Below are positions 36,786-49,094 of a stretch of 64,000 bases of DNA, piece after piece (the first letter of the stretch is position 1; every line of letters starts with the position of its first letter). Under the pieces are notes generated by a model, which saw only the letters and a program-made list of their open reading frames with translations, was not told where the DNA came from and did no database searches. The stretch comes from Vicugna vicugna (Eukaryota): NCBI GenBank assembly GCA_013265495.1, contig MU058636.1, positions 10,081,066 to 10,145,065 on the forward strand, read 5' to 3'. Position numbers and translations under genes: made by a program.

Positions 36786-39409
36786 AGCCAAACTTATAAA
36801 AGTCTCTTTTGTTTTTGAAGAACCTACTTAGGGGATAAGATTTTTTTTCACATCTATTTGGCCAGACTGTGCCTTTGGAGACTCCCAATCGTCAGTCCTG
36901 AATCTGGTGATCTCCAAACGGCACTTTCTGCCATTTCTTTAAAGCCATTAGTGAGGTGAGGGACAAGGATGGAGGTCTGTGGAATCTAGAGGTATTCTAC
37001 TACTAATCCGCACTACAGAGGATACGACCAGGGGTGATATTCAAAATACTCAGCAGCAGGCATCAACCAGTCAGCATGGACACTGTCGTAGGCAGCTAAG
37101 CCAAATGCCAGCCCTGGGCAGAAAAATCCTACCTGCCACGAGTCTCTCTACCTGGAAGAAGGCACCAACGGCCCCGGCCCACCTCCTTTTATAGACGGTT
37201 TTATTCTGCATATGACAACGCCAGGCCCACAAGTGGGACTTTAGACAGCTGGTCTAGAGAATACGCCCTAAATACACATACTGCAAACCCGGCGGTGACT
37301 CCACCGTCTCCTATGACAACTATCTCTTGAGTCAGCTAAAATCTCTGGCTGCTGTTTTCACATATCCTTTCCCATTTAATGCTCCTTTAATACCCAGTAT
37401 GAGTTCAAAAGTGCCCAGTGTCTGCCTTTCTTGCTTGGGGCTTTCTCTGCCCGCCTCCCAGGGGACTGAGGAATTCTAAACATGTGTCTGTCTGTGGCTC
37501 GGTGAGGCCACTGGCATGTCAGGCCACACATCTTATTGGGGTCTACGTCCCGAGAGGGACCAGAGGGAAACGCCACCTGAGATGTCTGTCAAGAAAAAAG
37601 TGGGAAGGAAGGCGATATTCCTCTTCTCCCACTGATAGCACCCCAGCCCCGGTGTATTCTGTCAGCTTCATAAGACCTTAGACACATAACTTGTACATTG
37701 TATTAAACATAAGAAAACCACTTCAAGTTTTCAGCAGCAGAAGTAAAGAACATGTTTTTGGTTCATAGTAAATCTCCTTTCCAAGGGGTAGAGTATTCTG
37801 CATTTATCCCTGGACAGAAGGAATGCTTTATATAACTTCATCGGTTTTCTATCTGTTCATTCAAGGATTGTTTGTGGAGTGTCTATTCACATCATATATT
37901 TTCTTCACCTCAGAGTAAAATTGTGGTCCCTAAATTTTGAAGGATCATGAATCAACATATATTAAGGGAAAATAATGAGCTGTATCCATGACCCTTTATA
38001 AATTTGGAGAAAATTCAACTACTTACTACTTCCTACTGCCTACGGTACTGCTCAGTATTTCTGACCCTGGCTTAGAGGTTGGAGGGGTTTTATCAGCTCT
38101 CATATTAAACAGGGTCCTTTCTAGACGGCCTTCTCAGACTGACCCCTGGCGCCTGCCCTCATGCTTGTGAGCTGAAGCGAGTAAAGAATTGTGGATTGTG
38201 TCACAGTCCTCCTGAGAGGCCAGATCAGAGGCCAACTCCCACCCCTGCCTCCTTCTCAGCGGCCCTGGACAGGTCGGCCTTCCAGGCTCCTGGTTTTCAT
38301 GGTACCCAGAGAAGATTCTGGTTGCTTCCAGTACCAAACCATTTTGGGGTGGGCTTGGAGTCAGCTCCAAGGGTCAACTTCTGAACATACACCTTGATGT
38401 CTCCTCAGCATTTCCCTTCGGCTCTGTAGCCTCGGACAAGATCCTAGAACTCTGGGACCCTCTAAAAGCTGTAATAATAGCGGCTAACCCAGAGGGCTGT
38501 TGTGAAGATAAAATGTGTGCCTTGTGTGGACCCTACCCGCATTCCTCATTGCACACCGCCCCCAGAGGCCAGGACAGTGACAGGACTGGGGGACGGGGTG
38601 CAGTAACAAATGTACCATCTGCCTGGTTCTCTGTTCCAGGAAATCTGGTCACATTACCCGGAAAGCTCATCCCAAACACTGTTAGTCACTTGCCCCATCC
38701 AAACCAGGCATACTGAGCACTCAGTCTCCGCCCAGCTTGGCTTTGCCACATGGGTGACTAACACCCCCAAAGTAGCTTGTGAGTTCTGCCAACTGGCTAA
38801 TTATCCCAGTCTCCCATGAGGAGCCCCAATACATTCCATAGGTGGGAGGAGAATTGTTCTGATTTAAGGAGATGTTGCCAGTGATCCCACCCTCCCCCAC
38901 TTCTGCCTTCAGCACTTCTGTGAGACTCTGAGAGCCATTTGAAAGCCCCCACCCTGGGCCACTCCACAGAAAGCATGACACTGGGGGCCCCTGGGTGGAC
39001 AAAACGTTTCACCATCATTAGCACCCAGACGCTGGGCTCTACCAGCCACCAAGAGGTCATATAACCAACACCTTCCCAAACCCTGGGCAACAAGAACATT
39101 CGAGTGGCATAGCTCACATCGGTTTCTTCCATATAAAATACAACTTCTTTTTTTATTTTTTCCTGCTTCCTATCTGGACCAATATAGGGCCTCCAGCTGT
39201 TCCCGTCAGTCAAATCACCAGTATTTCCTTTCTGGGAATACGTTTTTCCTGAAGCAGCATTTTAACACCAGATTAGCCCCTGATGCATTAGTGCTTTTTG
39301 TCACCTAGCAATATTTGTCATCCAAAGGGCTGAGTAACACGGTTACCATCTAGACGGGCTCTATTTGTTTGCTGCTCTCAGTCAATTGTCTCACTGTAAC
39401 CTGCACTTT

Positions 39410-39830
39410 AACCACACAAAATGGCTCAAAACAAGAAAGGAGCACTATCAGAGCTCGGAAATTCTTAGTCACTGAGCTCTGTCTCTTCACTAGTATCTGT
39501 CCCCTCCCCCGCCCCCACTTTTTTTTTTTTTACCCCAGAACCAATTTTTCAAAGAATATCATCACTTCCTGGACACATAGCAAGTGTTCAATAAATATTT
39601 GATAATGTGATTTAAATCACTGGACATGAAAGGCTATTCCAGAGAGTAGAGATTTTCATTGTAGAATTTTAGACCCATCAGGGAACTCATAAGCGACCCA
39701 GAACAAGTCCTTCATCTTGTAGATGGGGAAAATGAAGTACAGAAGAGTGAAGTAATTCACCCGTGTTCCCACTCACCTATTTAAATGATCATCACTGAGA
39801 CCTCCTACTTCCAATCCACATGACATCAGG
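39410..39830. mobile_element. L2 tail (+) followed by MIR3/MIRc (-)
   Basis: cctggacacatagcaagtgttcaataaatatttg, then cttcatcttgtagatggggaaaatgaag. Confidence 0.65.
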
Positions 39831-42064
39831 CTTTGCAAATACCTCACCTGTTCTCTCCCATGTTCCAACCAGAAAATGATGTTTTGCTATCACCTTGACC
39901 CTACGAAGTTGATTAATATAACCTTTTCATTTCAAAAGGGTCACTTTACAAAGCTGGCAAATCAAAAACGAGAATTTCCTTGTTTGCCCAAGACAGTTCA
40001 TTCAGGACTTCACCAATCTGGCTCTATGCCAGAATTATTACCTGGGTAGTTTTCAAAAACTTTCTCCACCACATCAATCTCTGGGCTTGGCAAGACTTGA
40101 GACTGTCTGTTCATTGCTGGTTTGGGGTTGGTTTGGTTTGATTTTCTGTTTGTTCCCCCAACCCCCGTCCCTGCTCCACTTTAGGCTGGGAGACTGCAGA
40201 TCTAATCAGTGTCCGTCGCTTCATCACACCCACGTGTGGATGGCGTGGAGTGTGCACTTTAAGAGCTGAGGAGCATGGTGTTCTCCTAAAATCATCCATC
40301 AAAATATGAGTCAAAAACGGTTGAACTATGATAATAATAATGGTGAATATGAAGCCCACTGGCTAGACCCTTGAAGGTAAATTTGTTCCAGTCCCAGGGC
40401 CCTTGGCCCCTGGGGAGTGTCCCCCGGCACTGCCCTTCCTGGCATGTGAACAGCTGGCAATGCTGGGCACCCAGGGCTGAAACCTCGGGCGGCAGCCACA
40501 GCAGAAGGGGACGTCATGAGGCCAGTGTAATTTAAAACCTACATATGTCAGCAGACAAACTCCTGTCAACATATAGTTCCAGCACTTTCTCTCTCCTTTG
40601 GCTCTAATTCTCTTTACTGCGTCCTTTCCGAGTAATTCCACGAGTTCTGAGAACGTCCAGAACTGCACGCGGCCGGGACTGGGACCGATTTATCCTGAGT
40701 GAGCTGTCAAGCCACAGTTCATGCTTTTTTTCAATTGGTTTAGGTTACTAAGCAACCTGCTGGTCCCTCAGGGTAACGACCTGACTCTGATTCCCAGGGA
40801 GGCAACGCCACGTGGGATCCTGCGTGAAGGAGCGCCAGGGGGTACTTGTGCCAGCCTGGGAGTGAACCCCAGCTGTGCAGTTGCCCTGCGTCAATCATTG
40901 GGCCTTTGTCTGTAAAATGGGAGTGGGGCCGGCTCCCCAGCTGGTCACGACTTGGGATACTGCACATCAAGCACCAAGTTGCTTTTATTTAGCGTCCACC
41001 AGAGAGCTCGGAAGCCATGGTGCCAGGGAGTGAGGCATGGGAAGATCCAGCCACTGTCAGAGTTAACAGAGGGGAGCCGATTCCACAGCCCCCTGACCGC
41101 CCGGGGTCCCTCTGGAAAGCTGCAGAAACAACTGGGCCAATACTTCTGTTGCCCTGGTGGCACTGGGAAACTCAACGTGTCATTTCTCCAAAGCCTTGAA
41201 CATCCAGAAAGCTCAAAGGCTGGCCACAGTGGCCCCAGGAAGGCCTGTCAGCCCCAGGCTCAGCACCAATGGCTCCCTGTGGCCATGGCCTACACTGTGG
41301 CTCCAGCAGTTAGTCTGTAAGCTCTGCCCGTGACTCAGGGCCAGTGCAGCTGGTCCTCTCCTGGCTCCACGATGCCCTCCACGATGCTTACTGCAGGCTT
41401 TCATTCCTGCTGAAAGGCACTCGGGGAAGACGGGAGAGGGAGCACCAGCCAAATGGACAAATTTGCTCTCAAACATCTGGGCCAGGAAAAGCCAAAAAGT
41501 AAAAAGAGAGGTCCTGCTTACTCAAGCACTCAAAGCTTTTTATTTAAAAATGAGGAGGGTCTGGCTGGTTCAGGGGATTTAAGAATAAACTGGAGGCCAG
41601 AGCAGGAACTCCTGAGGCAGAATTTTCTGACAGCTCCCTGTGACCCCAGGCCTACAGACCTCAATTAATGTCCTCGGGAGCCTCTTTCAGAATGGAGGAA
41701 CGGAGAGGGTTTTCCTTGTAAACCTGGTGAAAACCCAGCCAGGTAGCTCAGAGACTAGCCCTGGCTGTAAGAAGGCACGGGGCCCCTCATATAAGAGATG
41801 GAGATGATTTCTTGCAGCCACAGGAACCGAGAGAGGGCCAGCAGGACACAGTGAAATAAAATATGACCCTCCCCAGAGGCCAAGCAGAGAGGGCGCCCCT
41901 TACACAGAAGGAAAGCTGTGCCCAGCCCGGCAGTGCTGATTGGAGGTGTCCGGGGAGCACAGAGCTCGAAAGCATGATCCCCCCACCCCAGGCGCTGAGT
42001 CTGCTGGGGCACACGAGCTACTGGACCCAGACCTGGAACCCTAGGTCCGGCCCTGTGTGGAGAG

Positions 42065-42205
42065 AGCCTGAGTAAAGCAGAGGGAGCCCAGATTTGGACT
42101 CTGGAAGCCTGCCTGGGGTTGGCTCTGGCTTCACAGACTGATTTGCTGCCCAACGTAAGAAAGCCCCAGATCTCTCTCTGCAGCCTCTGCATCTGTAAAC
42201 TCTTG
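42065..42205 (+). mobile_element. Degraded MIR
   Basis: tggactctggaagcc...ctctctctgcagcctctgcatctgtaaa. Confidence 0.5.
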
Positions 42206-42254
42206 ATTCATTTTGCAGAAATGTCACAAGAAACCTTCTGATCTCCCAAGGACC

Positions 42255-42418
42255 TAGGCCAAAGTGTGATCTGGACCACGCACATCAGAGCCATTAAAAA
42301 TGCAAGTTCCTGAGACTGCCCCGGACCCACTGAAACAAAACGGGGAGAAAAACAGGAAACTTGCATTTTAACATATTCTCAGGTCGATCTTATGCACCCT
42401 CAAGATTGGACATCACTG
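42255..42418 (+). mobile_element. MER5A/B-type MITE
   Basis: caaagtgtgatctggacc...ttaaaaatgcaagttcctgag...tgcattttaaca...tcttatgcac...catcactg. Confidence 0.75.
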
Positions 42419-43184
42419 ACTTAGGGGATCAGAACAGCAGAGGTGAGGAAGGCCCTCAGCCATGACAAGAAGCTGTGAAAGAAAGGAAGAGAGATTGGGT
42501 GCGGTGTGGCCAAGGATAAGCTGACGGCTGGGGGCTGTTCTGCACAGGCGGAGCTTTGCGGGAGCATGAAAAAGCTGGAGCGCAGAATGGAGGTACCAGA
42601 GTGAAAGGGGAAAGAAAAAAGGAAACAAAGAAGGAGCAATGGATGGAGGCAAACTGGACCGCCCAAAGGTACACTGGGTGCAAGTACTGCTGTGCCCTGA
42701 TCATTCCAGAAGGCAAGCAGGGGCATTGGAAGGGAAAAGGGGACCCATGCAGTCAGTCTCAGAGGGCAGGAGGGCAGATTCCAGGAGCATCAGGGGACCA
42801 TTCATGCTTCAAACGCGATGCCAAGGAAAAAATCAGCCAGTGGAATTACACAGCAGGAACCTGGTCTGTAATGTCACAGGGAACGATTCCAAGAGACGTC
42901 TTAATGACGATTTAGATGCCAGGAATCAAAGAGTATGACATAAGCTTTAGAAGCAGGGCAATTAATAATTTGTTTTGGAAGGCAAATCTGGAAGAAGGAA
43001 AAAAAAAAATGAGTACTAGCAGCTGTGTGGTAGCACCATGGAGTAGACCAAAAGGAGGGACGGGGCGTGAGTCTTCAGAAACCAGCTGGCTGCAGGAGAG
43101 ACCGTGAGCTCTCGTACGCTGGCTAAATAAGATGTCAGGGAGATCACGCCATCATTCTGCCAAGGTGTGCCACAATTTACACCA

Positions 43185-43390
43185 GACTGAGTGTTAGAAA
43201 GGGCTGGCAATCCAGCTCTTTCACTTTCTAGCTCTGGGAACTTGGGTGAGCCTCTCTCCCTGAGGCTCAGTTTCTCTACCTGTAAAAATGAGCTAATTGT
43301 ACTCCCAGTTGTCTAGCTGTTGTTGGGGATAAATGAAAGTACACAAAGTGCTTTGAGGACAGTGCCTGGAGGAAAGGTCCTATGAATGAT
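43185..43390 (+). mobile_element. MIR SINE
   Basis: ctagctctgggaacttggg...ctcagtttctctacctgtaaaaatg...taaatga...acagtgcctgg. Confidence 0.8.
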
Positions 43391-44689
43391 GGTGACGGTA
43401 GTGGTGTCACTTTGCTACTACGTAATTTCATTAAGATGTCTTTCTCATGTCTCCACGCCCTGTTCCCCCAGGTACATTTTACCTCCCAAAGGAGCCCTGC
43501 AAGTGTGTCAGATTAGTCCAACTGAAGCAACTTTAGGATCGCTCTCTTATTCTGAGCTGTCCCTGAGCAGGACAGGCCTGATTAAAACGCCCCTGCTAGG
43601 GCTCCTGCCCTGCGCTTGCTTCCATTCTAGTGCCAGAAAGGAGGTGGCAGCCTCTCTGTGGCCCGAGGGAGAGGTGCAGAAGTGCCACATGAACTCCACA
43701 GCCAGCAGGCTTGGGGGTCAGAGGGCTCCATCGCTCACTGCTGGCGTCACCGGGGAAGGAGGAATTTACTAGACAGGGTTCTGACTAAATGACTGAGTGG
43801 ACACCAAGCCCAGGCTCATCCCTCATAACTCAGATTTCAAGGACAACTGCAGATGACCATGTTTTGCACAAATAACCCCGGTCTGGGACAATCGGTCCAG
43901 AGGAGACACTTGACCAAGGAGACAACCCACTGTCCAGCGGCAGGGAAGAGATGGACTGAGACGCTCAGATGGAGTGTGGGGGAGGACAGGAGTTGGGGTC
44001 TGTGGCAAGACTGAGCCAGAAGCCTGGAATCAGACTTTGAAAGGAAGTCCAGATGCAGTGTTAGGGCCATAAGAGAGAGCTGAAACTGGAAATTAAGCTA
44101 GGAGAGAAGTAAAAATGTGATGAGAGCAAAGTTGTGCAGTCCTTAAGAGTGAGAGAGGATAGACCGCAAGTCAGATGGAAGGAGAGACTGACCAGCAGCC
44201 AGAGAGGGACTGACAGACAGACTGGCCACCAGACACGGAGAGACTGACCGAGACAGAACAAATCTGATTGGCTGACCTGCCCTCCTTGGGTCATGTGCTA
44301 TAGTGGCCACATGGCTGTGGGTTGGGAAGTGGATCCACAAGGAGGTGGAACATGGACTGGGCACATCGTGCAGGGGAAACCAGACCCAGGGAGAGGGGGC
44401 CAAGACAGTCAGATCTTTCCTTCCAATAGCTCAACATTTGATTTCCTATAATTATAAAGGCAACACACACTCCAGCCCACCATCTTTGTTTTCCTTGCTC
44501 TGTGCTATTCCCAGGCCACCTGAGTCCTCTGTAAAGAATTGCCGGGCACAGTTCACACTCTGAGAAGACAACAGGCTATGATGGGATTGTGGAAAGAAAG
44601 CTGAGGTCGGACTAGAAATCCCCCAGTTGTTCCGCAGAGGCAGGAGCAGCCGATGTCCCCACTCTGGGGCCAACAGTGAGTGAGCAGCC

Positions 44690-44841
44690 CCTGCCTCGGC
44701 CCTAGACTAGCTCTGTGATCTCGGGCAATTGCCTTAACCTGTCTGGACATCTGCTTGTAAATCTGCAAAATGAGGAGGTTGAACTGGATGTCTTCCAAGC
44801 TCTCCTACAGTGCTGCTAATATTCTAGGTTCTGTGGTTCTA
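44690..44841 (+). mobile_element. MIR3/MIRc
   Basis: actagctctgtgatctcgggcaa...atctgcaaaatgaggaggttgaactggatg...attctaggttctgtggttcta. Confidence 0.8.
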
Positions 44842-45014
44842 CGAAGCCATGGTTATTCATATATCAGACTTTTTTCAACGCCCAAATGGTATTAGCTGTC
44901 TTGCCAGCCGTGTCAATAATATTTTATTTATTATATTCCTCTGAAGTGAATAGCTTATTTATCTTCTCCCAGTACAGCCTGTACCTGAATACAATTCCAA
45001 CATGCGCTGTAAAT

Positions 45015-45285
45015 CTCTCCTCCTTTGAACTCCCAAAGCATTTAAATCTCGACACCTCTTAGTGTACTTATCACACTCTGTTTTATGCTGCGATTATTCA
45101 GGAAAATGCCTTATTGTCCAGGACTACATGTTAAGCTCCCTGAATGCTTCCTGGAAACCCTGCTGCAGAGAGAAAGAAGAATGGGGTTTCTGGGCTGATT
45201 TCACCCCTGCAGCTCCAAGAGCCCCGCACAGTGGACAGCACCTTGCACAGAACTGGTGCCCAGAGCGTATCTGTGGAATAAACAC
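45015..45285 (+). mobile_element. L2 3' end
   Basis: ctcctcctttgaactcccaaagca...taagctccctga...gccccgcacagtg...ttgcacag. Confidence 0.65.
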
Positions 45286-47919
45286 ATAGTTGGGGAGAAG
45301 GTAAAAAGGACATAAAAGGAATTCATCAAACTAGTCTTTGAGACCCCCATCCTTTGCTCCTCCTCCAACCTGCAAGGATGGCTGATCTAAAACCTTTGCC
45401 TAGAACTAATAAACATTGACCTAGGGTCATTGCAAATGCCTCCAGTCTCGGTACTGCTCAAGGATTTCGAGATACACCCACACAGACAAGAAGAGTGGAT
45501 GCGGAGAGCATCGTGGGGAACGAAAGCAGGACACCCAGGATTTCCAGTCGTGCAGTGTGTTTACGAGATGCCTATAGTTACTCAAAAGGGAAAGCTATGC
45601 GGAGCTGGAGGAACCGGAGAGCATCCGATCGGCTGAAAGCAGTTTCTCAGCTGATAAAATGAGAAAGTAAAGAAAGAAGAGAGAGAGAAATTGTCAAGGC
45701 AGTCTCTCTTAAAGCAAAGGCTAGCCAAGCCTTATTTTCTAATCATTTTGCAAGATGTGTAGGTGGGGACCCGGGAGTTTTACTTCACCAAGATTGCTGC
45801 AGTCCTCTAAATGTCTCAGGAGCGCTGCCAAGCCCTCTGTCCGCAGACTCTTTCCCATCCCGAAGGAAAGTGCAGCTCTCCTAACTCCTCAGCAAATGCC
45901 GTGGATCCCTACTAACCACCCACTCCTACATGGGGCCCCTCTGCTCGGCCTCCCGGTCTTGCTCCCCTGCTGAGCCCAGCCCTGGGACACTGGCCTCCTT
46001 TGTCACCGGGTGGTCCCTGCATTTGCTGGGGTCAGAAGCCCTTTCCTGTCTCTCCACTTCCACCTAAGCAGCCCCCCACCGTGCTGTCTTTTGCTTTTCT
46101 CTCTCATTCCCTCTTCTTCCATTACTAACACCTGGTCTAGAAACACGCTCAGTGAAGGCTGTACCAGTGAGCGATTTGGGGCACTAGCTCTTTTTTACTT
46201 CCCTCCCATGTTTATTCACATTAAAACTGTCTCTGAGTTCAGCCTTTGGGAGGGAGAAAGGAAGTTTACCCAGTTGAGGTTGGGTATCACCATAGAGATG
46301 GCCAAAGGGGCCTCGAACCTGCCACTGCTGGACAGAAAGCACCTAATCCCCAGCCTGCCATGGCTCCCGGGCTCTGGGCTGCAGCAAGGTGCTTTCCCGG
46401 CAGCTGCCCTCAAAGACAGCCAGCCACAGACTGCAAGGTGGAAAAACTCCCATGGATGATGCCCTTGGAGTAGCAGGCAAGAAAACGCTGTCAGCAAGTA
46501 GGACCTCTGTGACTCGTGCCAAGAACTCTCTGCCCTGCAGTCACAGAATGCTGAAACAGGCTGAAAGGCTGGTCTTACAAAAGAGTTAAACCAAGGCCAC
46601 ATCACCAGGCTGCTAAAGCCTCCTGCTTTCAGAGCCGACGGGAACAGGACGTTCTCAAATGGCTACACCCTTGAGCCACAATCCATCCATCACAGCACAG
46701 AACATCGAGCTCAGGGTTCTGACTGGTTCCTGCAAACTCCCTCTCTCACCTCTCTGCCAGGCTCCTGTTTGTTACCAGGTTCCTAATTAGCTCTCCGGAA
46801 ACGAGAATCACTTTCAGTGACGTCCCTGGTGTGTCTCGTGTCCCACACGTGGGCACGCACAGTGCCGAGAGCCCACGAGTTCACAAGCACCAGCGTGATG
46901 GCCTTGGCTGGCTCCTGCGTATTCATCAGCCTTGATAACTGGCATCTGTTCCAGCTGCCGCACGGTTGTCTCTCAAACATCTGGCCAGTTTTTTACCTCC
47001 CCAGCTGCTTCCCAGTGGGCAGTTCTCTGTTCTCGGCTCCCTCTAGTCCCCCACGAAGGGGAGTCCAGCCTCTCGCCTGGAAGGCATTCCTTCCTTATGC
47101 CACGTGGAAATCAATTTGAAACAGTCTTGCTCTGGCTGCTCAAGTCGGCCCCTCCTGCCACCTGCTCTGCTCCTCTGTTGGGTGTCCCCACATGTGCAGC
47201 CACATCTGCTTCTGTCCTTAAACTCTTCCCATTTATCCAGCCTGCCACCTCTTCTCTGTGTTTATCTCCCAGTGGCCCCTCCTGGGTCCCTTTCTCTGCA
47301 CAAAGGTCCTGCCATCTCCTTTACCTTTTAAATCCCGTCTTTAAAAACCCACAGGTGTGTTCATTGCCCCAGTTGATGCCCAGGTGCAATCACCTGGCTC
47401 CTTGCTAACCCTGCAGCCTTTTCTTCATCCAGTGTTCCTGCCCAGTCTGTCTTCCCCTGAACTGCCTTAAGTACGCAACACAGACAATACCACCCAGGGT
47501 TTCTCTGATGGGAAGAGGGCGAGTCTTCTAATTCACGTAGTTTATATTTCAGCAAGAGGAACCCAAATTCCAAATTACCTTCCCGACAGTGAGGGCTTGC
47601 CAAGTGATTCTCACTGAAGGATCCACCCTCTTTTCTTTTACAGGTATCCTCTCCTTTCCTACCTCCCCCTCCACCCCAGTTCCTCCAATTACCTTCCTCA
47701 GCAAAGTCGTATTTGCTTTCTAAATCAGAACCCAGAGTTTACAGGAAGTTTCCATAACTGAAGCCATCTGCTCTTTGCGACATATCTTTTCCTCTTTGAT
47801 CCCACCCACCGCTGCTGGTGCCCACCTAATTCCCATCCCCACGCTCCCTGCAGGCCGGCACACCTGCACACCTGCAGGCAGGTGAGATGGTACAGGTGAG
47901 GAGGAGGAAGAGGATGACG

Positions 47920-47990
47920 ACAGCTAACATTTTGGGGGCACTGCCTATGTGCCAGGCACTGCGCTAAGCACCTTGCATATAAAATTCATC
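47920..47990 (-). mobile_element. MIR 3' part
   Basis: agctaacattt...gcactgcctatgtgccaggcactgcgctaagcacc. Confidence 0.75.
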
Positions 47991-48289
47991 AGACCTGCCC
48001 TCTGCATCTTAGTTCAGGCTTTCTGAACTTTTGCTGACTTGAGGAGAGCCACCAGAGCGGGCAGAGGAGGGAAGAACCTTTAAAATAACCAATTCGATCA
48101 ATGTGAATCTCTCTAGATGTCCTGGTTTGCTGTGTTTTATGTTCTCTTGTCTATAATCCTCACTCCTTCATGTCTGTATCTCCTCGGTCTGGAACATACA
48201 ATCTTGTTGTTAAATTAACAAGTAAGGTTTCATTTTAAAAGCTCCACATTTTTATAAACACCTCTGAATTTCCAATGATAAATCAAGAG

Positions 48290-48510
48290 AACCCAGATTT
48301 GGAACAAGAATGATACATATTTTTAAGTCCTGCCTCTGCCCATTTCTAGCTTTGTGACTTCGGGGTAAGTTTCTTAATGCTACTCAGCCTGTCTCCTCAT
48401 TTATAAAGTAAAAATAATACAGACTTTGCAGATTATTTAAAACACAGGAGGTGATATGTATATAAAGTACTTACCACAGTGCCCAGCACCTTATAGATGC
48501 TACACAAATA
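48290..48510 (+). mobile_element. MIR SINE
   Basis: gtcctgcctctgccatttctagctttgtgacttcggggtaag...ctcctcatttataaagt...acagtgcccagcac. Confidence 0.8.
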
Positions 48511-48912
48511 GCCCCTCCTTTTCTAAAAATACTTGTATTGTCTCAGTGTAGTAGGTGGGTGTGAAAGGCACAGATTTCTTTGCCAACATATCTTCTTTTC
48601 TTAGCACAAGGCCTCTCTCAGAAACCAGGGGAAATCTCTCTGCATGACATACAGCAAAGAAATCACCTTGTCACAGCATATAAGAGGATAGGCAGCTTTT
48701 AAAAGACTAACAAATGTTACATATTCTGCCCCAAGCAAATCGCAGACCTAAAATCTTACCCTGTCACCCATTTCCCTGGCATCCCTCAGTGAGTTTACTT
48801 GGGGACCTTTAATAGGATTCACCTTCAGACTCTCTCACCAGGTTCAATGTCTTCTTGACCCAAGAACACTCCCAGAAAGCTCCCTGGGCACCTGAGAAAA
48901 CCAGGTCTAAAA

Positions 48913-49094
48913 GAGTCATCCTCAAAGCGTGGCCAGTGCACCAGCACATCAACATCTCTGGGACCTGGTAAAGATACAAACTCCCAGGGCCTACCCTAGA
49001 CCCACCAAATTAGAAAGTGTGGGGGGCCCAGGAATCTGCATTTCAACAAGCCCACCAGGTGATCCTGATGCTGGCTCAAGTTTGAGAACCACTG
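48913..49094 (+). mobile_element. MER5A
   Basis: ctcaaagcgtgg...gggcccaggaatctgcatttcaacaagccc...aggtgatcctgatgc...aagtttgagaaccactg. Confidence 0.9.

Noticed and set aside
44180..44280. Recurring GACTGAC/GACAGAC units
   Set aside because: Degenerate simple repeat with no regular repeat-spacer organisation, so not CRISPR-like.
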